DNA of 64,000 bases. Source: Octopus sinensis. Its lineage: Eukaryota. The DNA is taken from the NCBI RefSeq assembly GCF_006345805.1, contig NC_043008.1, positions 21,700,001 through 21,764,000 on the forward strand. The letters run 5' to 3'. Positions 52,581 to 64,000 of the stretch are shown here, in pieces (the stretch's first letter is position 1; every line of letters starts with the position of its first letter). The position numbers and the translations under genes are program-made. The notes beneath the pieces are model-generated. The model saw nothing but the letters and a program-made list of their open reading frames with translations, did not search any database and was not told where the DNA came from.

Positions 52581-54279
52581 CTATATATATATATATATAT
52601 ATCATTGTAAATATATTATGTATTTTCATCGGAATGTACTTCGGATTTGTTTCCATCGATGTAAACATAATATAAAGAAATAAACAAACACATTTGTATT
52701 GATATGAATTAAGTACATTACCTATATCACGCCGTTATGCCGAGAAAATATCGAACTCTATATTCAAATGCGTTGAATTCTTTCATCAATAGTGTTGTCT
52801 TAAAGTGGCTGCTGAATTAGTTGAGGTTTCTATACAATTGTTGCAGAATAGATTTATTTGGCAATACGATTGCAGAACGACTAAGAAAATCGCTCTCACT
52901 GAAAATGGGGGTACGACTGAATATCACCGGCTCTCATTTATATTTCTTATGAAAGATTGTATTTTAATGGAACGTACATTTATTAAACTCTGATAAGATT
53001 GGCTTTTTCTAACTGCACATGGAGCCTATTTTCAAGCACATGACTGAGAGCCAGCGAGGATTGAATTAATTGAACATTAATGCAATGAAAAACGGATTCT
53101 TCATCTGATATTCTGACACTCGATCAACTCTCTCCTAAATGTGATGCATTTGAGGTGTAAATAATGTTTAATACCTTAATATTGGACACCTCTCTCTCTC
53201 TCAATCTATCTATCTATCTATCTATCTTTCTCTCTCTCTCTCTATCTATCTTTCTCTCTCTCTCTCTCTATTTATCTATCTATCTGACACACGTCTGCTT
53301 TCCCTCTTTCGCTCTCTTTATCGTTATCCTCATCTTCAGTAGCACTATGTTAAATTACCTCCATTAAAATGAAGTACTTCAAATCAGAATCTCTTGATTC
53401 TACGACATCTGAGTATCGGAGCCTGGTCACGTATTAGGGCTCTCTGAAAGCTGACAATATTCTCGTATACATCAAATTTTACTTAATTAATCAGTATAAA
53501 TGTTGTCCGTGAGAAATAATACCTAATACTACTGTAATATAGTCGTAAGCTTTCATTGACTTCGTTTCCACTCTACCTTTCATATAGTTTTTAGTAGTTT
53601 CAATTTATACAACGCATAAGAACATTTCAAGTCGCTTTACGTTTATGATAGTCTACATCAAGATCAATCAACGCAGAATTAAGAACAAAGTCCGATGAAT
53701 TTATATATGGCTTCAGTTACGTGATACGGCTATCATTAGATGAACTGGTAACTAGAAAACTGAGCACCATACAAGAAAGTGTAGCTCTGCTTTCATTATC
53801 AATTCAATTTATCAACCTAGTTCAAATACCGACATTAGTTTCCTTTGATGATGCTATAGCTATAGATTAAAATGGCCTTTACCAATTTCTTTGTTTCTTT
53901 TCACTCGAACGTACGTGCACACACTCACTCACTCTCTCTTTCTTACACCTTTGCTTTTAATTCTCTCCTTTTATCTCTCTCTCTCTCTTTCTTTCTTTCT
54001 GGTCCTACGTGTCGTTCGTGTATATGTGGTTTGTGTGTGTGTATTTATGTGCGTGTGTGTATGTGTTTGGGATTTCGAGTATAAGAGCCTAAGTGTATCT
54101 AGGAGCGATTTCTCTGTCGTCCCTACTGCTCTATCAATTTCAGATTTCCATATCGTATGACATTAATCTTATCAAAATGAAATATGTCAAGATATTTGTA
54201 AGTCTATCACCGAAGAAATATGCGTCAGAATCATTGCAATAAATCCTAATGACTAGGGCGAAATGTAAAACGCTTTCAG

Positions 54280-54383
54280 AAGAGAATTCGTTTACTTTCA
54301 TTACACCTCTGCTACTCGACATGAGACCTTTAATGAAACCTTCGGAGCAAATGAACAAATTACACGTTACGCGAAAGTGAAAG
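54280..54383 (+). other. Possible coding exon (REFVYFHYTSATRHETFNETFGANEQITRYAKVK)
   Basis: ctttcag| acceptor just after an in-frame stop, AAG|gtatcg donor; the frame stays open to 54580. Confidence 0.3.
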
Positions 54384-54614
54384 GTATCGCGTTCATTATG
54401 TTTAAGAAGAGGAAGGACGAGAATTTACAAGTTTTATTGAAAATTCCGAAACTACTGGAAAAAGGAGAAACGAACTATGTGACAATGGTTATTGTAGTAA
54501 GAAGCAGTGTGTCAGCATATAGAGCTGTCTCCAACTCGAAGATATGGTTCGAATACTTGCAACGGAGCGGTTATCGCTGACGATACCTAAGACTCAAGGT
54601 AGATATTTAATCGC

Positions 54615-54800
54615 GTGATATTTAATCGTCTGTCATCCATCAGTATATGGTGACACAATCAATGTTTTCACCAGCTGCGGTAGTTGCAGGACGTCCAAAC
54701 CTTGGATCATCTCCAAGACTCGAGCTTCCCCTTCTGAATTCGATGCCCAGTTTTGCATCCCTTTTCTTGTCTGTGCCAAATAACGGTATTCTACTTGTTA
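54615..54800 (-). pseudogene. Mariner transposase N-terminal relic
   Basis: Minus strand reads EFRRGSSSLGDDPRFGRPATTAAGENI...DDRRL, matching the mariner EDxPRSGRP / DRRxT region. Confidence 0.75.
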
Positions 54801-54823
54801 TGTTTACGCTTGATAAATGATTT

Positions 54824-55597
54824 GGATCCTTACCTTTTGATCGACAGATTTAAAAAGTAATTTCTTGTAACTAAACACTCTCAAACTTCGTATATTTGTA
54901 GAATGTGTCACATAAAACATCTTTTGCTCTTGGCGTTGTTGAGAAAATTCTGTATTTTGGAAGTTATTTTTTGTTAAAGTTGTCGTATTTCGGTAATTTC
55001 AACCAATGAATGACGTGTATTCAGCTGAATAAAATTACTGCCGTTGTTTGTCAACAACAACAATCGGCGGTGTATATTTCGTTTGTCACTGTTATTTATG
55101 ACACCGTTCGTGCGTTTGTACTGGTTTTAGCTTTAAGGTTTAAGGGTTAGGGTTAGGGTTTTAAGGTTAGGGTTAGGGTTTTAGAGTTAGGGTTAAGGTT
55201 AGGGTTTTAGGGTTAGAGTTACGGAAAAGAATGAAAATGAAGCACGAACGATTAAGGTGGTGCCATGAAGTAAACATGTTTCAGATACACTCATTTATTC
55301 ATACAAACGTAACTGAGATGAAATATGTCATAAATAACAGTGGCAAAGGAAATATACACAGCCGGAGGTTGTTGTTGACAAACAACAGCAGTAATTTTAA
55401 AATTGCGTCATTGATTGGTTGAAATTACCGAAATACGACAACTTTAACAAGAAATAACTTCCAAAATACAGAATTTTCTCAACAACGCCAAGAGTAAAAT
55501 ATATTTTATGTGACACATTCTACAAATATACGAAGTTTGAACGTGTTTAGTTACAAATAATTATTTTTTAAATCTGTCAATCAAAATGTAAAGATCC
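54824..55597. mobile_element. 774-bp MITE with ~275-bp TIRs and an internal telomeric tract
   Basis: TIRs about 54824-55100 and 55325-55597; flanks aatgattt / gatgattt (7/8); (TTAGGG)n-like tract at 55135-55220. Confidence 0.85.
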
Positions 55598-56309
55598 GAT
55601 GATTTGCTGGGAATGTCCCACCAGTATTCCTTGTGTTGATGTTTATGAATGTATCCAGTAACAGGGGGACTCCTTACATTTATTCCAGGACAGGTTTTTT
55701 TCCGAATGGCATTGTTTTTACGACAACGTCATGTCGTATAGGGAGATGATGCATTGATGACATTTTTGAGCAGCTGCCAATCACATGCGTGATGTCTTCC
55801 ACAGAAATGTGACGCAATTTACATTTTCGGATGCATCATGGAGCCCCAAACGCTTCACTGTTCCTTTGTTTATTGTGTATACATATGTATGTATGTATGT
55901 GTGTATACATGTATGTATTTGTGTATGTATGTATATAATTTTGCGTTTCTCTGTTTAAATCACGGTTATAGATGCCTATTTTCAACTGAGACGTTTTTCA
56001 AATATGCCGCGGCTTCTCTCATCACCCGTAGACCAGTTTGGTTCCCAGTCCACTGCAGGCCACATAGAACATAGCACATGTATCTACAAGCTTTTATTCA
56101 AAATTTAATCGGACAATATATTCTATACGCATATGAATCTCGTTAATTTCTACATGTACTTCACATGTGGTGTATATATATATATATAAGAGCAAAACGC
56201 CCTCCGTCCAATGGACGGTGCTGGGTTGTCAAACATTTAAACCAAATTTTCTCAAAACAACTTGTCCGACCGTCCCATAGGCCTCCCCCTTTGAGAAACA
56301 CTGATTTAA

Positions 56310-56692
<383 letters not shown>

Positions 56693-56747
56693 GTATGTAT
56701 ATATATATATATAATATATATATATATATGTATGTATATATATATAT

Positions 56748-56792
<45 letters not shown>

Positions 56793-57746
56793 GTGTGTAT
56801 TTGTGGTGAGTGTGTGTATGTATGAGTATGTGTTTGCGTAAATGTACCCACTGTTGTTTTAAGCAGAGATGTTTAGATTCGAATTTTTGTGCAAACATGT
56901 AAATAGATATATGTCTGTATTTATTTGTTTAGTTTCGTTTAATCTCCCCTTCCTTTCTATTCATTGGGTAACATTTAAAACAGTATAAGAAGTTTCTTTT
57001 ATGTTTTATGTTCCAATGTTTTATACGTTCTCGTTTTTTTTAAGACATCAAACGGTTATTTAATTTAACATAAACACATGAAAAAAGTGTCTCGAGTATA
57101 TTTAAAAATATAATCTAAGCGTTGACATTCTGAGATGCAATTACTCACTAGCCATGAATGCTAGTAGTTCTTAAAGATATACTGATATGTCAATTTGAAA
57201 AATTGCCTGTCCTAACGTAAGCGCACACATATATATGCATAAACTTATATGTGCGTGTGTGTGTGTATCATAACGAATGCGTCTATACGCAATGCAAAAC
57301 CAAAAGCGAAATATTCAGTTGTCATTAACTGTGACTGACGGTACGTGACACCGACATTGCTAGAAATACGAGTTAAAATAAAAACCTTAGCTGCAATGAA
57401 GCACTGTTCCATATACTGACAGGGGAGATAACTACCCCACAGCGAGCGAGATCACTACACTAGTCTAGTTTCGCTTAAAATTAAAACTCGTCAGAGGTGA
57501 CTACTCTATCGCTGGATGGTTTGACTAAATCCCGACTGTCAGTATATAATATTTACCGTATGAATCTATGACTGATTCACAAAAATGGTAATGTGAAAAT
57601 TACAAAACTAACAAAAGCGGCTATACAAAATATATATGTACAAGCATATACACATTTATATATATTGGCAAATAAATTTACCTTTACATGGAGCATAAAA
57701 ATACTGAAGTGTAAGGAAAGAATGCATAGTTTTTAATTTAACTCGA

Positions 57747-58800
57747 CAGAGCAACCTCGGTTCTCGACCATAATTTGTTCTAAAAGCGAATTGTTCGAGA
57801 ACCGACATTGTTTCCCCTTACAATTCATGTGAAAGAGATTAATTTGTTTCCAAGCACCAGATGAATGCTTATTTACATGCTTACAGTATATATTTTAGTA
57901 TAAAAATGTTTATTCAAACTGTAAATAGCACACAAAAGTGTGTTATTTCTTAGAACGGGAGTTCCCTTCCATAAAAACTTCTGGCAAGTGTCTTTCCGGG
58001 GCCCTATTCTGTCTCTTTGACTCAGCTAAATATTTTTCTGGGGTTACTTTTCTTTTTTCTTTCAGTAAAAACCTGTTCAATGTTAGTTATTTATGTCTGC
58101 GTTGTAAAATGTTTTCTAAAATGAGACATGACATTATTATTGAAAAGGTTTACTGCTCTATTTGCTAGCACTGTTTGAGGGTTATATTTTCCCACAAAAC
58201 TTTGCACATCACTCTATTTAACACAAATTTCTTTGATTAAAGAATTTGGGACATCCTCCTTTCCTTCCTCCTCCTCAGAAGACATTTTCACAGCCAAAGT
58301 ATTTTGCTGTTCATTTTGAAGGTATTACAAGCTCTTCGATGGTAAGCTCAATATCTTCATGTCGACATCCAAGCCCATAGTTTTTTCCCATAGTGACAAT
58401 ATCATCAACAATAGCAATTTCCTCGACAACATCAGTAGTTGTAGCTGTCTCAAACCCTCTCATAGTCTCGTTCTGGTACACAGTCTGGCCAAAGTTTCCT
58501 CCTCACTGAATTCATGGTTCTGTAACTCATTTGGTTCCATGCATTATCTATAAGATTAACACAATTCAGGAATATCGAAGTGATTTTCCAAAATTCTCTG
58601 AGAATTAACTGAGTGTCATTAGTGACTTGAAAACGCTTTCGAAACAGGGCTTTTATGTAAAGTTTCTTAGTTTTGCAATGACCTGTTTTTCCATTGGTTG
58701 TAATAGAGGAGTTGTGTTATGTGGCAGGTATTTGACCTGAATAAAATCAAACTCTTCAAGTAGGATATCCTCCAACCTGGAGGGTGAACGGAGGCATTTT
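57747..58800 (-). mobile_element. Tigger/pogo transposon remnant (DDE_1 transposase C-terminal half plus terminus)
   Basis: Minus strand reads QVKYLPHNTTPLLQPMEKQV...LREFWK...LWPDCV...EGNSRSKK* with frameshifts; Tigger-like end at 57747. Confidence 0.85.
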
Positions 58801-58804
58801 AAAA

Positions 58805-59775
58805 ACTTTTATCAGTGGCCTGCATATAAAATTAGACCTATTAAGGTGAAATCATATATATGATTACAATTAAGGGCATAGAAATATTCCAGCCTCTATG
58901 CTGAAAATAGATACTACATCGTCCAACAACTTTAAAAGCCATCACAAAGTTATACACGTTTTAAAACCTAAGGTGCAAGCTAGCGGAAAATTCATAACAA
59001 TATTGATAGCTCTGGATTGATCAATTTCTGAATTTGCCCAAATGCTTTTCCTCGTCAGCAGAGCACACTTAAAGGAAATAAATGAGATATTCATACATAC
59101 CCACAGGAAAGCAAACGCAAAGCTATTACTACATATAAATACCACAGATTCATCCAACATTGAATTTCGTAGCTTACCTCTTCACATGTGTATCTGATCA
59201 TTGTAGCACGTAAGTGATTATACCGTCCCGAAGTCAATAAAAAATTTTCAATTATAATAATCAAGGATAAAATTTTTATATTCAAATTTTATAAGTAGTC
59301 AGTATATAAAAATTCTAGCTTATATGCTGAAAATTCTAGCCTATATGCTGAAAATCTAGGAAGCAAGCTACGGAAAATTCATAACAATATAGATAAGTTT
59401 GGATTGATCAATTTCTGGATTTGCCCAATGGCTTTTCTTCGTCACCTTAATAAGTCTATTTTTATATACTAGCCACTGATAAAATTTTATCAGTGGCCAG
59501 CATATAAGCTTTGCGTTTGCTTTCCTGTGGGTGTGTATAAATATTTCATTTATTTCCCACGGTATGTCTTGCTGATGAGGAAAAATTATTAGACTAATCC
59601 AGAAATTGATCAATCCAAGGCTAACTGTTGTATAATTTTATGAATTTCTGTGAGACTGCTCCCTCGATTTCAACTTGTGTGTACTATAAAAGTTATAATT
59701 TTATAAGTTATAAGTGATTTGATGATTTAGCGTCTATTTTCAGCATAGCATAATATTTCCTGCCCCATTTAATTA
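58805..59775. repeat. Nested fold-back / inverted-repeat element
   Basis: 58868-59123 is inverted at 59508-59775; partial direct copy at 59368-59447; perfect 26-bp palindrome at 59472-59497. Confidence 0.75.
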
Positions 59776-60348
59776 TAATTGTATTTTATACTATTATAAA
59801 TCTCTAGATAGATAGATAAAGTTTTGATTCACTGTGTGTGTGTGCGTGTGTACATATAGCGATGCAAGTACTCATGTAGTACCCTCGTGTATATATACAT
59901 ATATGTATATATGTATATGTATATATATATATGTATATATATATATATGTATATATTTTATTAATTTGCTTGTACGACTGATATTCGCTTGCCACCTGTG
60001 ATGGTATTTTAATACCATCCGTCTTATATATATATATATATATATATACATTTATATATATACTGTAATCCCTCACCACATCACGGGGAACCTTCTCACT
60101 TTTCAAAAGAACGTTTCTCCAGCGTTCACTATTTTCCTCTAGTTCTGTTCTAACGACCCTCCATGCTTGTTTTCGTTCGGTTTTCTTGTATGTCTTCACT
60201 GTCATGCTTTTGTTCTCAACTTTGACCCTCTATAAATCCTAAATATTATTTTAGAAATCATGGGAGCAACTGTCTTTGGTGACTGATATTGTCGAAATGA
60301 GGAGACAATATGTGACTACTGATAAGCAAGCTACTTACCACACAACCA

Positions 60349-60395
<47 letters not shown>

Positions 60396-60612
60396 TATTA
60401 GCGGCGAAAGCCACCAAACTGCAGTATTTACCAATTGCATCTCCACTGCTGGACATTTTTCTTCTTTACTGATATTATGCTTTTCCGCCTTCCCCAACTC
60501 TACGTCTATACAGGATTCCGTCTCGAGTCAAATACGGTTTTGTGTTTTTCTACCGTTAATGCCCCTTAAGTAAGTTATATAGAATGCTATTATACACACA
60601 CACACAAACATG

Positions 60613-60713
<101 letters not shown>

Positions 60714-63110
60714 TTAGATCTGAAAGAGGGCGAGAAAGAGGTAGAGTACGCGAGAAAGTGAGAAGAAGAGAGAGAGAAAGACTTGGTGGTTTTACCAGCG
60801 TTTAGTATCTTCAGCGTAAGTACAATCTCATTACTTACACTGAAATGTTGGTGTTCGAATCGCTAAATAAATATACAGAAGTTTTTGTTTGTATAGAAAA
60901 TGGTAGAAAGATATGGAAAACGAGGGAAAGAGATGCATAATTGTCATGAACCACCAGAATGATAGATGATAGTTTTGCAGACTCATTAATCTTTAATGTT
61001 TGCGAATATGTATACAAAGTAATGTAACAAAATATGCTGAGAGTATCGGTGTTTGTTCGGGATTTATATTATTTTCCAATTCCCAAGAATGGCAGATAAT
61101 TCTGGAATTTCATGCCGGTTTCTAATTTGAGATTTCTGATTTTAATTAAACTTAACCCGTCATACGCAATCGAATATTAATTGATTGCTTGTTTCGTGCG
61201 TTTATTAATTATTTTTAGGGCCTTTCTGATCTGGAGCTGATATAGAACTAGACATCCGCTCGGCTTCTACACACTTGTCCCAACAGAACAGAAATGATGT
61301 AACTCTTGGAAGGAGACAGACAGACAACCGCCCCAGTAGACAACTGGTACTAATTTTCGCTTGGGTAGACAGAATCAGCGTAAAATGAATTGCCTTGTTC
61401 AAGGATATAACGTGATGCACTGTCTAGGAATTTAACCTACAACATAAAAATTGTGAGACCAAAATCCTAACCACTCAGTCAAGCGCTTAATTTGACGAGA
61501 GAAATCTGCATATTAAAAAAAAACAAGACATTGACAATGTTTTATCTAGAAAACTTCATCTCAGCACAGGAAGGTAAGATAATATTCTTCAATTTTGTAA
61601 GACTGCTTATAGAAATATACAAAACTGTAGTTGTTGTGCTAATTGTTTTTAATGTATCTCTATTAGCAATGCCTGTAGAAATACCGTGTTTATTTTGAAA
61701 AATACAATTCTGTTGCAAGTTTATAGAGAATTTGCAAAATAATTACTTTTATAATTGTATTTTTTTACTGGAGCGCTTGATGCTTTAGACAGTGCAAATT
61801 CCACGTATTTAGAACTGAACTGGAAGAAACAACTATTTTTTGTCACGTATTTGTAATCTCATTCGTCTTGGGAGTTTCTGTCTATTATCTGCATAACTTG
61901 CGCCTCGATAACTTTAGACAAGGGCGAGATCAAAAATCAATCACTTCCGAAAACACCATGTGGGTATAGATAGCTTTTCTCTCCCACAGAATTGAGCTCA
62001 ACACTAATGAGTGAAATGAGTGAAAGAACCCCCAGATTAATTCTATCGTGTTTTCTTTTGTCCTCAAGAGAAAACTAAACCAATCGGCGGTACCTTCTCA
62101 AGGTTGACTAGTTCTGTTACTGAAAGTAAAGTGCATTGGTTACTATGATGTTATACAAATTGCCGACATCTTGGTTGAATACACTCATACAGCAGCCTTA
62201 TTAGAATTTTTATGGAAGCGCTAAACTTCTTTTCCGCCAAAATATTTTGAGCCATTTAAGAGTAGAAAAGCGGAATCATAAAAGCACCATTGTATGTGTG
62301 CCGCAGGTTACGGAATACCGAATCGACGTTTACATATTTAGTATTCTAGCAAAGTAGACACTCAATGTTTCCCATTGAGTAACAGACATTATTAATAAAA
62401 GAATGAACGAAGAACAGTAACCACAGAATTTTTTATTAGAATATTCTATTCGGAATATTGCAAAACTTTTGTTTCCATCGAAATATATATGTTATTTTCG
62501 TTTTTTCTTCTTTTCTTTTTTTTTAATTTTTGAATTCATCCGCTTTTTTTTACATTACATTTTATTTCGTTTTCAATAAAAGAAAACAAGAATATTTTGT
62601 TTGGCAAGAGAATTTTATTTTTGATTATTTAAATATTAATTTTCCATCAAACAAGATATTCAACTTTATTCTGACACTATTTTAAATCATGTTTCCGTTT
62701 ATGGGAGAATAATCACAGTTGTCACAAAAGAAACAGAAATAAAAGATGAACAGTGCGCTAGCAAAACACTATAATTAGCAGACCGTCATAGTCTTTTCCA
62801 ATAGAAAGACGACACGAAAAACGAAATTAATGAAATATTAATCCGTTCTTCTCCTTCTCGCACGCGCCAACTTTCTCTTCCTCAGTTCCTTTCTCAGTAT
62901 CTATCCTCGTCTTTCATGAGATTGCCGTTCTTAAAATTTCTTTATTTTTATTTCCGTTCTACATTTCTTGAATGCTTTATTTCTTTCTAAATCATTCTAA
63001 GTTTCTTTATTTCGTCTCTCTGTGTCTGTTTGCTGTCATATATTCATGCATACAAACACACACACACACACACAGACAGACAGACACACACACACACACA
63101 CACACATACA

Positions 63111-63152
<42 letters not shown>

Positions 63153-64000
63153 TATATACACACACACACATACACAGATGATTAGAGTCAGTTAATGATT
63201 CACTCTGTGGCCACTAGCATTGCAACCGCGTGTGCTCCTTCGGGGAATGGCGAATTGAACGGAAAGGAAGTGGTGTATCGGTGAAACACGTTAAGCTGAT
63301 TCTCGGTAGTCGAGAGTCATAATGTCAATGTTAGTTTCGCAGACCACTATATAGTGTCGTTATTGGCTGCATCTGCTGCTGTGTAGGAGAGAGAAAGAGA
63401 CAGAGTACTGAGATCTGTCATGCGATTTTTAGATTAGCTACTCTGTAAAGCTTATTGCGTGACACTGCTCCACAAAGTAGGAAGTTACCAAGAAAAGAGC
63501 TCCGTTGACGGCAAAGACTAAAACTTCAAATCTCTTGGACAGCAAATTTACTAGCTTTTTAAATATATGGAACGTTTCAGTGAAACGTAATCTGCACTTC
63601 TGCCCTCCTTTGATATATATATAATAGTTCCGTGCACGACATACATCTGCGTTTAATAAAGTCGATTATATTCCAGTATTGGGCTCTGTCAAGTGATTCT
63701 AGAGCATCCCTGGACGTTTCGGTTTCTCAATTCATGTGATTTTGAATGTACAGACTAAATACATGGTAACTATTACATGGCAACATTAGAGTAATATTTA
63801 TGGTATACACTATTGCACTCCAATAGGTAATAAGTTCAAATATTCGATCAATGTTTTGTTCTATTTCTGCACTGGGTACTTCATTCTGCATTGGTTTGTT
63901 TTACCTAGATCCCGGTTTTACCTAGATCTAGTCGGTTTAGGAACAATATCCGTGCAAGACAAGCTGTATGTTCCCAAAGAGGATATTTACGTCTTATCCA

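Noticed and set aside
63485-63535. Minus-strand peptide RFEVLVFAVNGALFL resembling an SLC30/ZnT transmembrane motif
   Set aside because: The match is short, needs gaps, and has no supporting neighbouring exons; likely chance.

Overview
This is AT-rich, repeat-saturated eukaryotic DNA. The very high microsatellite density and the tRNA-derived SINE families resemble an octopus (coleoid cephalopod) genome; that assignment is recall and inference, not a database match. No intact protein-coding gene is recognisable, and almost every ORF in the supplied track is a microsatellite or SINE artefact. The supportable content is: three SINE families; LINE fragments (an RTE-like C2H2 3' end, a probable RLE-type 3' end and an RTE-like 5' end); an internally deleted Helitron and two non-autonomous Helitrons; Tigger/pogo and mariner transposase relics; hAT and long-TIR MITEs; two interstitial (TTAGGG)n tracts; a 2-kb (CAT/CAC)n array with higher-order structure; and a 100-N gap. 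Four observations stand out. First, four ~200-bp (TA)n-embedded elements carry minimal type I hammerhead-ribozyme motifs. Second, a 1.6-kb inverted duplication is circularly permuted and has a templated junction insert, which suggests a circular-DNA intermediate. Third, different mobile elements each sit in their own microsatellite type. Fourth, there are several fold-back palindromes. A few possible + strand exons (41-54 kb) are reported at low confidence.
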